Positions 1 to 8,202 of a stretch of DNA of 64,000 nucleotides are shown here, in pieces (the stretch's first letter is position 1; every line of letters starts with the position of its first letter). The notes beneath the pieces were generated by a model. It saw nothing but the letters and a program-made list of their open reading frames with translations, was not told the origin of the DNA and did no database searches. The translations under genes were made by a program, and so were the position numbers. The stretch comes from an uncultured Acidobacteriota bacterium (GTDB taxonomy: Bacteria; Acidobacteriota; JAQAZP01): NCBI GenBank assembly GCA_963836075.1, contig CAWIIB010000009.1:3330442-3394441 (forward strand), in the 5' to 3' direction.

Positions 1-1419
1 CTGCGGGTGGGCGCCATGGGATTTCCCACCACCTACCCGCCCGAGCCGGTGAACGGGTTCATGATTAGCGGGTTTGACGCACCGGTAACCACCGGCATCG
101 ATTCCTCCTTCGTCTACCCCCGCTCGCTGTACCACGAACTGCGGCGAAAAATCGGGCCCTACGCCATCACTGAGTTCCAGGAGATCGACATCGGCCCGGG
201 ATGGCACCGCGCGGCACTGGAGGGGCTCTTCTCGGCCCTGGGGCGCAAGATGGAGTACGCCCGCTACCTGCTGGAGCAGAAGGGGCCCTGGGACGTCTTC
301 GGCGTCCTCTTCGGCGAGTCGGACACCGCGGCCCACCACTTCTGGCTCTTCCACGACAAGCTCTCGCCGCGGCACGACCCGCGGACCGGAGTGGAGTTCC
401 GCGATGCCCTGCTCCGGGTATACCAGGCCCTGGACGCGGCGGTGGGGGAGCTGGTGGAGCGGGCCGGCGAGGGGGCCCGGGTGATGATCCTCTCCGACCA
501 CGGCTTTGGCGGCGCCGGGCTGAAGACGCTGCACATTAATCGCTGGCTCTGGAGCGAGGGGCTGCTGGAGTTCGTGCCGCGCCGCGGGGATTCGCTGGTC
601 AACCGTCTCAAGAGCTGGGGCATGCGGCGGGTGCCGACGGCGCTGCAGGAACAGCTCTTCCGCCGTTTTTCAGGGCGCATCGCCTCGCGGATCGAGTCGG
701 CCTCGCGCTACGGCTCGATCCATTGGCCGGGCACCCGGGCCTACTCCGACGAGCTGAACTACTTCCCCTCCATCTGGATCAACCGCAAGGGCCGAGAGCC
801 CGACGGCACCGTGTCCACCGCCGAGGAATACCGTTCCACCGTGCGGCTGATCCAGGAGCGCCTGGCCGGGTTGACCGACCCGGAGACCGGTGAGCCGGTG
901 GTGGCCCGGGCCTGGCACCGCGATGAGCTCTACCACGGGCCATATGTCGAGCGGGCCCCGGACCTGGTGCTGGAGCTGAACCTCGACCGGGGGTATTCGT
1001 ACAGCTGCCTGCCCACACCGGCAGCGGGGGACAGCCCGATCATCGCCAGGATTCCCCTGGAGGACCGGCTGGGGGCCAAGGGCAAGGGGATGAACGGGAC
1101 CCACCGCCGCCACGGCATCCTGCTGCTCAGCGGCGAGGGCTGCCGTTCCGGGCTGGTGCAGGGGGCGGGGCTGGAGGATTTGGCGCCCACCCTGCTCCAC
1201 CTGCTGGGTCTCGCGGTGCCGGCCGGGATGGACGGCCGGGTGCTGACGGAGGCGCTCTCCCCGGTCTGGCTGCGTGAGCAGCCGGTGCCCAGGTCGAGGG
1301 GGCAGGTTGACCGCGTGGTTCGAGGCCTTGAAAGGGAACCTTTGCGGTTCACGCCTGAGGAAGAGGAACTGCTCCGCCGGCGCCTGCAGGGGCTGGGATA
1401 CCTGGAAAAAGATGACTGA
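1..1419 (+). CDS. Alkaline-phosphatase-superfamily type I phosphodiesterase/nucleotide pyrophosphatase-like protein (5' end off window)
   Basis: The frame is open from base 1. AlkP-core-like segments are present (MILSDHGFGG, GMNGTHRRHGILLLSG). The stop at 1417-1419 overlaps the next ATG at 1412. Confidence 0.6.
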   Translation: MRVGAMGFPTTYPPEPVNGFMISGFDAPVTTGIDSSFVYPRSLYHELRRKIGPYAITEFQEIDIGPGWHRAALEGLFSALGRKMEYARYLLEQKGPWDVFGVLFGESDTAAHHFWLFHDKLSPRHDPRTGVEFRDALLRVYQALDAAVGELVERAGEGARVMILSDHGFGGAGLKTLHINRWLWSEGLLEFVPRRGDSLVNRLKSWGMRRVPTALQEQLFRRFSGRIASRIESASRYGSIHWPGTRAYSDELNYFPSIWINRKGREPDGTVSTAEEYRSTVRLIQERLAGLTDPETGEPVVARAWHRDELYHGPYVERAPDLVLELNLDRGYSYSCLPTPAAGDSPIIARIPLEDRLGAKGKGMNGTHRRHGILLLSGEGCRSGLVQGAGLEDLAPTLLHLLGLAVPAGMDGRVLTEALSPVWLREQPVPRSRGQVDRVVRGLEREPLRFTPEEEELLRRRLQGLGYLEKDD

Positions 1420-2630
1420 GCCTCGCCGTTACCGCATCGCCATGGTGGCCGCCTGCCCCTTTCCCACCTGTCAGGGATCGCAGGTGCTGGTCAGGCAGAC
1501 CGCCGAGTCCCTGGCCCGGCGCGGGCACCAGGTGCATCTGATCTGCTACCATTTTGGCGAGGAGATTCCGCTGCAAACATCGGAGCAGCTGGTGCTGCAC
1601 CGCATCGCCTACCCTTCGATCTACCGCAAGTACCGGGCCGGGCCCTCGATCCAGAAGCCGCTGCTCGACGCGTTGATGGTCCGCTTGCTGCTCAAGGTGA
1701 CCCGCCGTCACCGCATCCAGGTGGTCCACGCCCACAACTACGAAGCGCTGCTGGTGGGGCTCAGCTCCAGGCTGTTCAGCCGCACCCCGGTGGTTTTTCA
1801 CTCGCACAACGCCATCAGCGACGAGTTGAGTTCCTTTTTTCGCTCCACCCGGGCCAGGCGGCTGGCCGACCGGGTGGGCGGGCTGATCGACGGCAGCATG
1901 CCCCGGCGGGCCGACCACGTGATCGCCATCAACGACGAACTGGAGCGCTTCTTTCTAGACCATGGAGTGGGGGAGGGGCGGATCTCCTGCCTGCCCCCGG
2001 GGATCGCACTGGAGGAGTGGTCGGAAAGGCCCCTGGCCGACGGATCGCCGGAATCGGCCGCCCTGGAGGCGCTGGACCGCTGGCTGGGGGAGCAGGAATC
2101 GGTCGCTCTCTATGCCGGCAATCTCGATGACTACCAGAACCTGCCGCTGATGTTCCGTGCCTTTGTCCGGGTGCGTGCGCAACTGCCCCAGGCGAGGCTG
2201 GTGGTGGTCAGTCGCTCCGACCCCCGACCGTACCAGGGAACTGACCGCCGAACTGGGCCTGGCCGATGTTGTTCTGTTCGTCGATCACACCAGCTTTCAG
2301 CTGGCCCGCCAGGTCTTCCGCCGCTGCCGGGTGGCCTTGCTGCCCCGGATCTCATGGTGCGGTTTCCCGATCAAGCTGCTCAACTACATGGCCGCCGGCC
2401 TGCCGGTAGTGGCCAGCCAGGGCAGCGCCAAGATCGTCTACCACGGTGAATCGGGCCTGGTGGTGCCGGATGGCGACGAGGAGGGTTTTGCCGCAGCCGT
2501 GACCCGGCTGCTGTCCGAGCCTGACACCGCCAGGGCCATGGGCCATGCCGGACGGCAGCGCGTGGAAGCGGAACATGGCTGGGATACGCACACCCACCGG
2601 CTGGAAGAGATTTACGCCTCCCTGGTCTGA
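1412..2630 (+). pseudogene. Glycosyltransferase family 1/GT4 (GT-B fold), frame broken at the C5 run 2221-2225
   Basis: The N-terminal part is in the frame of ORF 1274..2449 (MTEPRRYRIAMVAACPFP...). The C-terminal part is in ORF 2157..2630 (ELTAELGLADVVLFV...GESGLVVPDGDEEG, an E-x7-E motif). Deleting one C restores ...VVVSRSDPDRTRELTAELGL... Confidence 0.7.
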
Positions 2631-2679
2631 ATGCAACAGAATGGGGCCCCTTCTGTTGCACGCCCTGGACTCTCACCCC

Positions 2680-3042
2680 TCATGGCGCGTAGGTCGTCAC
2701 CACCTGCAGGCTGGTGTCCGTATCACCCGCCGGCGCGTACGGCGGAAAGTTGTATGGCGGCGGTGTCACGTCCTCGGCCACCAGGCGAAAGCGATTCTCG
2801 CCGATCACCGTGGCCAGGGCCGGGATGTTCTGCATCCAGCTGGTGGTATAGTTCTCACCGGGGGAGAGGTTGGTATAGCCGGCTCGCCAATTCGGGAAGT
2901 AGGACTTGTTGGCCAGGACCACGTCGATGCGCGCCGCCATCCGCCGGGTCTGCTCGCTGTGGTTGTTTACCAGGGAGATCGACATCAGGGTGCTGAAGGG
3001 CACTGTTCCAACCGAAGGCACCGAGGTGATCGTGGCCGAGAT
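2680..3042 (-). other. Shared C-terminal module, copy A (last 120 aa)
   Basis: Aligns without gaps to copies B and C. Shared strings include SYFPNWRAGYTN, EDVT, PPY, GD and a terminal AP. Confidence 0.7.
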
Positions 3043-5775
3043 CGTGGGGGGCAGGGCGTGGCACAGTTCCAGGTGGCTCGGTTCCATGCCCCAGTTTTCC
3101 ATGAACGGGTTCTCAGCGGGCGGCGAGATGGCGGTAGAGGTCATGGTGTAGCCGCCGCCGGGCGGGTACTGGTCCGAGGTGATCAGCGTCTCGCTGCTGA
3201 ACAGGTAGCAGTTTCTCACCATGCCGTCTCTGTCGGTGTGTGCCACGAACGCCTGCACACTGGACGAACCGAAGCTGGTCGTGGACCCGGCAGCGGCAAA
3301 GCCGTCCTCGTGGACCACCAGGGCTTCGAAATTGTCTTCGCCGCCACTACCGATCCGGTGGGCCCAGAGTGCTTGCCCCTCACTGTCGAAACGGCAGAGT
3401 AGGGCGTCATTTGTCGCTCCCCGTACCTGACTGATCCTCCCGCATCCCACCACATCGCCGTCCCCGGTCGGCTTCAGGTCGTAAAGACTTTCGTAGTTCG
3501 ATGTCTCCGCTGTGCGGAACCACTGGCGGGTGCCGTTGCCGGCCAGCTTGACCAGCAGGATGTCGGTGTCGCCGTAGCTGTTGGTGTGACCGCCGAGCAG
3601 CAGGTCGCCACCCGACAGTTCAACTATGCCGTAAAACCTGTCGACACCGGCGCTCCCCGACTGAGAGCACCAGGTGAAGCTGCCGTCATCCTCCATGCGA
3701 ACGGCGATGGCATCCTGGTCGCCACCGTCCGGGTTGGAGTAGCCGGCAATCACCGATCCTCCGCCGCTGAGCGCTATGCCCCGGAGGCCCACTTCGTTCT
3801 GCGCTGTACCCAGCGTCCGCACGGACGGCACGGTGCCGGCGGATGTCAACTCCACCGCCAGCAGGTCGAACAGCCCTTCACCGTAGCTGTCGGTGTTGCC
3901 CACAGCCAGGTAGTTCCCGTCGGATTTCCGGTGGATCGACCAGAGCCGGTCGAACTGGGTGCCGCCGGTGACCGAGGTCCAGAGCACGGCGCCGCCGGAG
4001 TCGAAGCGCATCATCAGCGCATCATCCAGGCCGGCGCCGTAGGTGCTCGTGTATCCCACCACAATGCATCCGCCGTCGTCGGTGACCAGCAGGTCACGGG
4101 GGATTTCATCGTACATGCCGCCGGCTTCCCTGGCCCATTCCAGATCGCCCAGGGCGTCGTATTTGAGCAGCAGCACATCGGTGTTGTAGATACCCACCCA
4201 GGACTGGGTGGCCACGAGGTAGCCCTGGTCAGGGGTTTGCCCTATGGCATCGGCCCAGTCCGGGTCGTCGCGGCCGCTGGCCACCAGCCAGTATTCGGGG
4301 TCCAGGGGTTCATAATCGCATAGGGAATCCCAGTAGAAATACGGATTGACGGCGGTGGTGGTGTAAGCCTGTTCGCCCAGGGTCACCGGGGAGACAGCGA
4401 GGGTCACCGCGGACCAGGCCGGCGTTTGCAGCGGTGAGTAGGTGTCCCAGGTGCGGATGTGGGGGCACCCCGGAACCTGACCGTTGGCGTCCACCGCCGC
4501 CAGTATCGTATCCTGTTCGCCCGTGCCGAAGGGGGTCCTGGTGCCGGCCAGCAGATAGCCCCCGCCAGGCCGGTTGTGTACCTGGCCGGCACGCTCGAAG
4601 CCGTCATCCCCCAGGATACGGACCCACTGCAGACCGCCCACGTCGTCGAAGTCGATCAGCAGGACGTCCTCTAACACGCCGCCGTCGTCACTATCGCCGC
4701 ACACCATGAATCCGCCCCCCTCTCGAAGGGCCAGGGTTTCTCCGCTCTCATCCACGCCCGCGTCGCCCAGGGAGCGGGCCCAGTAGAGCGTTCCATTGGC
4801 GCCGAACCGGGCCACCAGGACATCCTTGGTGCCGGAGGGGTCGTAGTCCTGGGTGGCACCGGAGGCGAAAAAATCACCATTTGGTGCTTCCACGGCATCG
4901 AACAGATAGGAGTAGCCGACATCATCCCCCACCACCGTGGTCCAGGAGACCGTGGTTGTGTCGGCGAACTTGATCAGCAGGCCCTGGGCGTGTGTGGCGA
5001 AACTGCTCGACCAGCCGGTGGCGATGAAGCCGCCATCACTGGTGGCGCTGAAGGACCGGAGGATATCGTTGCTCGAGTCGCCGACGACGGTGGTCTGGAT
5101 CAAATCACCGGTGAAGTCGAACTCCAGCAGCAACACATCGACACTGCCCGGTCCGTATCCGGATCCGTGCGCACCGACGGCCAGGGTGTCGTCGGTGGTG
5201 AGGCAGATGCCCGCAGGGTAGATGGCGGCAGAGCTGCCGGCAAGACGGGTCCACTGGATCGTGCCGTTGGTGTTGTATCTCACCAGCAGAACCCGTGGTT
5301 CTTCTTCACCCAGGACTTCGGTCTTGCCCACCGCCACGAAGGTCCCGTCGGGCAGCTCACAGACGGCTGTGTAAAAGTCGTTCCCCCCGAGGTTCAGAGC
5401 GGAGGCCCAGACCAGGTCCCCCTCGGCATCGTGTCTCATCAGGTGGGCATCAAAGAAATTTCCGGCGGAATTCCAACTGTATCCGGCCACCACCGAGCCG
5501 CCGTCAGCGGTCACGATCATATCCATCGCGTAATCGTAGTCGGGGCCTCCTCCATAGTCGAGGAACAGGTGGTCCCCATCGGCCCGGCTTTTTCCATGGA
5601 GGCCAGCTGCATATTCCGCGGTGACGTCTCTGGACTGAACGTCCACGTGGTGAACCGCTGTCTCCACATCCACGGATCGTGTCTGGAAATCTGCTGCGGA
5701 AACCGCGGCAGGAGCGGTAACGGCCAAAAGGGCAGTGAGGAAAACAGACAGAACGATGATGTGTTTCCGGATCAT
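2680..5775 (-). CDS. Large secreted beta-propeller-repeat protein (SBBP/delta-60-like repeats) with the shared 120-aa C-terminal module
   Basis: A signal peptide follows the internal ATG at 5775 (MIRKHIIVLSVFLTALLAVTAPAAVSA), with GGAG 10 nt upstream. There are more than 15 repeats of the D-G-x-hydrophobic-x-G...D-x-L-L-x-hydrophobic...G-x-x-W type. Confidence 0.6.
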   Translation of the reverse strand: MIRKHIIVLSVFLTALLAVTAPAAVSAADFQTRSVDVETAVHHVDVQSRDVTAEYAAGLHGKSRADGDHLFLDYGGGPDYDYAMDMIVTADGGSVVAGYSWNSAGNFFDAHLMRHDAEGDLVWASALNLGGNDFYTAVCELPDGTFVAVGKTEVLGEEEPRVLLVRYNTNGTIQWTRLAGSSAAIYPAGICLTTDDTLAVGAHGSGYGPGSVDVLLLEFDFTGDLIQTTVVGDSSNDILRSFSATSDGGFIATGWSSSFATHAQGLLIKFADTTTVSWTTVVGDDVGYSYLFDAVEAPNGDFFASGATQDYDPSGTKDVLVARFGANGTLYWARSLGDAGVDESGETLALREGGGFMVCGDSDDGGVLEDVLLIDFDDVGGLQWVRILGDDGFERAGQVHNRPGGGYLLAGTRTPFGTGEQDTILAAVDANGQVPGCPHIRTWDTYSPLQTPAWSAVTLAVSPVTLGEQAYTTTAVNPYFYWDSLCDYEPLDPEYWLVASGRDDPDWADAIGQTPDQGYLVATQSWVGIYNTDVLLLKYDALGDLEWAREAGGMYDEIPRDLLVTDDGGCIVVGYTSTYGAGLDDALMMRFDSGGAVLWTSVTGGTQFDRLWSIHRKSDGNYLAVGNTDSYGEGLFDLLAVELTSAGTVPSVRTLGTAQNEVGLRGIALSGGGSVIAGYSNPDGGDQDAIAVRMEDDGSFTWCSQSGSAGVDRFYGIVELSGGDLLLGGHTNSYGDTDILLVKLAGNGTRQWFRTAETSNYESLYDLKPTGDGDVVGCGRISQVRGATNDALLCRFDSEGQALWAHRIGSGGEDNFEALVVHEDGFAAAGSTTSFGSSSVQAFVAHTDRDGMVRNCYLFSSETLITSDQYPPGGGYTMTSTAISPPAENPFMENWGMEPSHLELCHALPPTISATITSVPSVGTVPFSTLMSISLVNNHSEQTRRMAARIDVVLANKSYFPNWRAGYTNLSPGENYTTSWMQNIPALATVIGENRFRLVAEDVTPPPYNFPPYAPAGDTDTSLQVVTTYAP

Positions 5776-5965
5776 GGTGGGCAAGCTCCTGTGGAAGAAG
5801 ATTGGTTGGGATCTATTCAAATTTTCCTCGGAGGGTCGACGGGAAAACGAGACGAGAAAAAACCTATGAGGAAAATGTAAGTTCTGACGTGGGCTTTGTC
5901 AAGGCGAGGAGATGAAACAGGTTTTTGCATGCAACAAAAGGTGCCTGCCCCATTCTGTTGCGTTT

Positions 5966-6934
5966 TCAGCAGGAGTGGTGGACCGTGGTGAAGGGGATGA
6001 CCAGCGGGAAGCGGTCGGACAGTTCCTCCACCAGGCGGTGCTGTTCACCAGGGGCGGTGAGGGCAATGACAGCCCCGCCGCCGCCTGAGCCGGTGAGCTT
6101 GGCCCCCAGGACGCCTTTCTGCCGGCGCAGCAGGGCAGTGGCCCGGTCGAGTTCAGGCGTGGAGACACCCAGTTGAGCCAGCAGCTCGTGGTTGCGGTTC
6201 ATCAGCTCGCCGGTTTTGGCCAGGTTGCCGGAGACCAGAAGGCTGCTCGCCTCTTCCGCAATCCGGCCGATTTCATTGAGCAATCCCTTGACCAGCCGTT
6301 CGTCCAGGACCAGGTTCTGGCGCACCCTGCGCACCTGCTCCAGGGTGGAGGCTCCAGGTTCGACGATACCGATCAGGCCCGACGGCGGGGTGGGGATGCG
6401 GAGGGGCAGGATTTCCCGCGGGGGCCCCTTGCGAAACCGGAGCACGCCATCGGCCAGCACGGTGGCGGCGTCCATGCCGCTGGGGTTGCCGTGAAAGATC
6501 GATTCCAGCTGCTGCACGTCGTCGAAGAGCGTGCTCTCGCTGTCGCTCTCCTCATGTCCGGCATGGCGGCGCAGGGCCTTGCAGACCCCGGCGGAGAATG
6601 CCGCCGAAGAACCGAGACCCATACCCACCGGCAGGTCCGACTCCACCTCCAGGGCGATGGGCTCCTGTTCCAGGTTGTAGATCGAGAGGCCCTGCTGCAC
6701 CGCCCGGGAGAAGAGATCGAAGCTCGACTCCGGTTCGGTCTCGCCGAAATACTGCTTGAACCGCGGGCGGACCAGCCGCGGCCCCCGGGGATCGTGGCTC
6801 ACCCGGATGCGCATTCCGATGTCGATGGGGGCGGCGATGCCGGGATGGCCGTAAACCGTGGCGTGCTCGCCAAAGAGAATCAGCTTCCCCGGAGCCGGTA
6901 CCTCGAAGGGCAGGTTGGCCTGATTTCTGTTCAT
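5966..6934 (-). CDS. mvk: Mevalonate kinase (GHMP kinase)
   Basis: PGKLILFGEHATVYGHPGIAAPI, GLGSSAAFSAGVC and KLTGSGGGGAVIAL motifs. Lies 8 nt downstream of the IDI-2 gene. Confidence 0.85.
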   Translation of the reverse strand: MNRNQANLPFEVPAPGKLILFGEHATVYGHPGIAAPIDIGMRIRVSHDPRGPRLVRPRFKQYFGETEPESSFDLFSRAVQQGLSIYNLEQEPIALEVESDLPVGMGLGSSAAFSAGVCKALRRHAGHEESDSESTLFDDVQQLESIFHGNPSGMDAATVLADGVLRFRKGPPREILPLRIPTPPSGLIGIVEPGASTLEQVRRVRQNLVLDERLVKGLLNEIGRIAEEASSLLVSGNLAKTGELMNRNHELLAQLGVSTPELDRATALLRRQKGVLGAKLTGSGGGGAVIALTAPGEQHRLVEELSDRFPLVIPFTTVHHSC

Positions 6935-6941
6935 TGGGCGT

Positions 6942-8018
6942 TTACGATTCGTGCCATCCCTTGGCGGAGAGCCAGCGGAACAGTTCCCCGGTGTAGACCC
7001 GGGGCGCCCGCTTCAAGGCAGCGAGGTCTCCGGCCCCGGTGAGCACCATGGCGTTTTTCAACTCACGAATCACCCGGTCCACATACTGGTCCGCGCCGTG
7101 GACGCCCCCTTCGCGGTAGGCGAGGAACACCGAGCGGGCAAAACCGACCAGGTCGGCGCCGGCGGCGATGGCCCGTGCGGCGTCGAGACCGGTGATGATC
7201 CCCCCGGCGCCGATGATGCAGGTGCCGGGACGGCAGGTCCTGCGGGCGGCGATGATGCTGAAAGCGGTGGGAATGCCCCAGTCGGCAAAGGTACCGGCGA
7301 TCTGCCTCGAGGAGTCGTCAACTTCGCGGTGCATCTCCACCTTGGTCCAGGAGGTGCCCCCGGCCCCGGCCACATCGATGCAGGTGACCCCGGCCCGGTC
7401 GAGCATGGCCAGGGTCTCAGGGCTCATTCCTGCGCCGGTCTCCTTGACCAGTACCCTGCCGGGGATGCGTTTGACCAGCTTTTCCAGAGCGTTGAGGATT
7501 CCGCCGAAGTTGCAGTCCCCCTCGGGCTGCACCAGCTCCTGGGCCGGGTTGAGGTGGATGCAGATGGCGTCGGCCTCGATCTGTTCCTTGAGCCCGGCGA
7601 TGGCGGCGGTATCGTATTCCAGCAACTGGGCCCCGCCGATGTTGCCCAGCAGTACCGACTCGGGGATGTGACTGCGCACGGCGAAGTCGGTGAGCGCCTC
7701 GGGGTGGTCGAGGATCACCCGCTGGCTGCCCACCCCGAACCCGATGCCATGCTCGGCGGCCACGGTGGCCAGATCACGATTCATCGCCCCGGCCAGCTCG
7801 GTGCCGCCGGACATGCTGGTGATCAGCAGCGGGGCCCTGAGCTTCCGCCCGAAGAACTCCACCGATGTGTCCACACTGTCCAGGTCGATTTCGGGCAGGG
7901 CCTGGTGGAACAGCCGCACGTGCTCCAGCAGGGTGGTGGACGCGTGGGCCACCGGTTCCTCGGCCACGATCCGCAGGTGATCGGCCTTTCTCGTCCTGAT
8001 TTGATGGTCCCTGGCCAT
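6942..8018 (-). CDS. fni: Isopentenyl-diphosphate delta-isomerase type 2 (FMN-dependent)
   Basis: 358 aa. Has RKADHLRI at the N-terminus and a TIM-barrel FMN oxidoreductase pattern (VKETGAGMS, IDVAGAGGTSW, IIGAGGIITGLD). Confidence 0.85.
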   Translation of the reverse strand: MARDHQIRTRKADHLRIVAEEPVAHASTTLLEHVRLFHQALPEIDLDSVDTSVEFFGRKLRAPLLITSMSGGTELAGAMNRDLATVAAEHGIGFGVGSQRVILDHPEALTDFAVRSHIPESVLLGNIGGAQLLEYDTAAIAGLKEQIEADAICIHLNPAQELVQPEGDCNFGGILNALEKLVKRIPGRVLVKETGAGMSPETLAMLDRAGVTCIDVAGAGGTSWTKVEMHREVDDSSRQIAGTFADWGIPTAFSIIAARRTCRPGTCIIGAGGIITGLDAARAIAAGADLVGFARSVFLAYREGGVHGADQYVDRVIRELKNAMVLTGAGDLAALKRAPRVYTGELFRWLSAKGWHES

Positions 8019-8049
8019 GTCTCCTCGACTGAAAAGTTATATCCGAAAG

Positions 8050-8077
8050 ATGTTAGAACATTTTTCCAGTCTGTCAA
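8050..8077 (-). promoter_or_regulatory. Candidate sigma70 promoter for fni-mvk
   Basis: On the minus strand: TTGACA (8077-8072), a 16-nt spacer, then TAACAT (8055-8050). This is about 30 nt upstream of a GAGGAGA RBS and the ATG at 8018. Confidence 0.3.
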
Positions 8078-8152
8078 GGAATTCCTGTGCTGCCGAGCCT
8101 GTCCGGCAACCTGTCCGGGCCCCACTCGTCCCCGTCGGCCACCGAAGAAAAC

Positions 8153-8181
8153 TTGACCCCGTATAAGGAAAGACCTACACT
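8153..8181 (+). promoter_or_regulatory. Candidate sigma70 promoter for the FG-GAP gene
   Basis: TTGACC (8153-8158), a 17-nt spacer, then TACACT (8176-8181). A GGAGGG RBS lies at 8191-8196 and the ATG at 8203. Confidence 0.35.
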
Positions 8182-8202
8182 TTCCAAAATGGAGGGCGAG
8201 CC

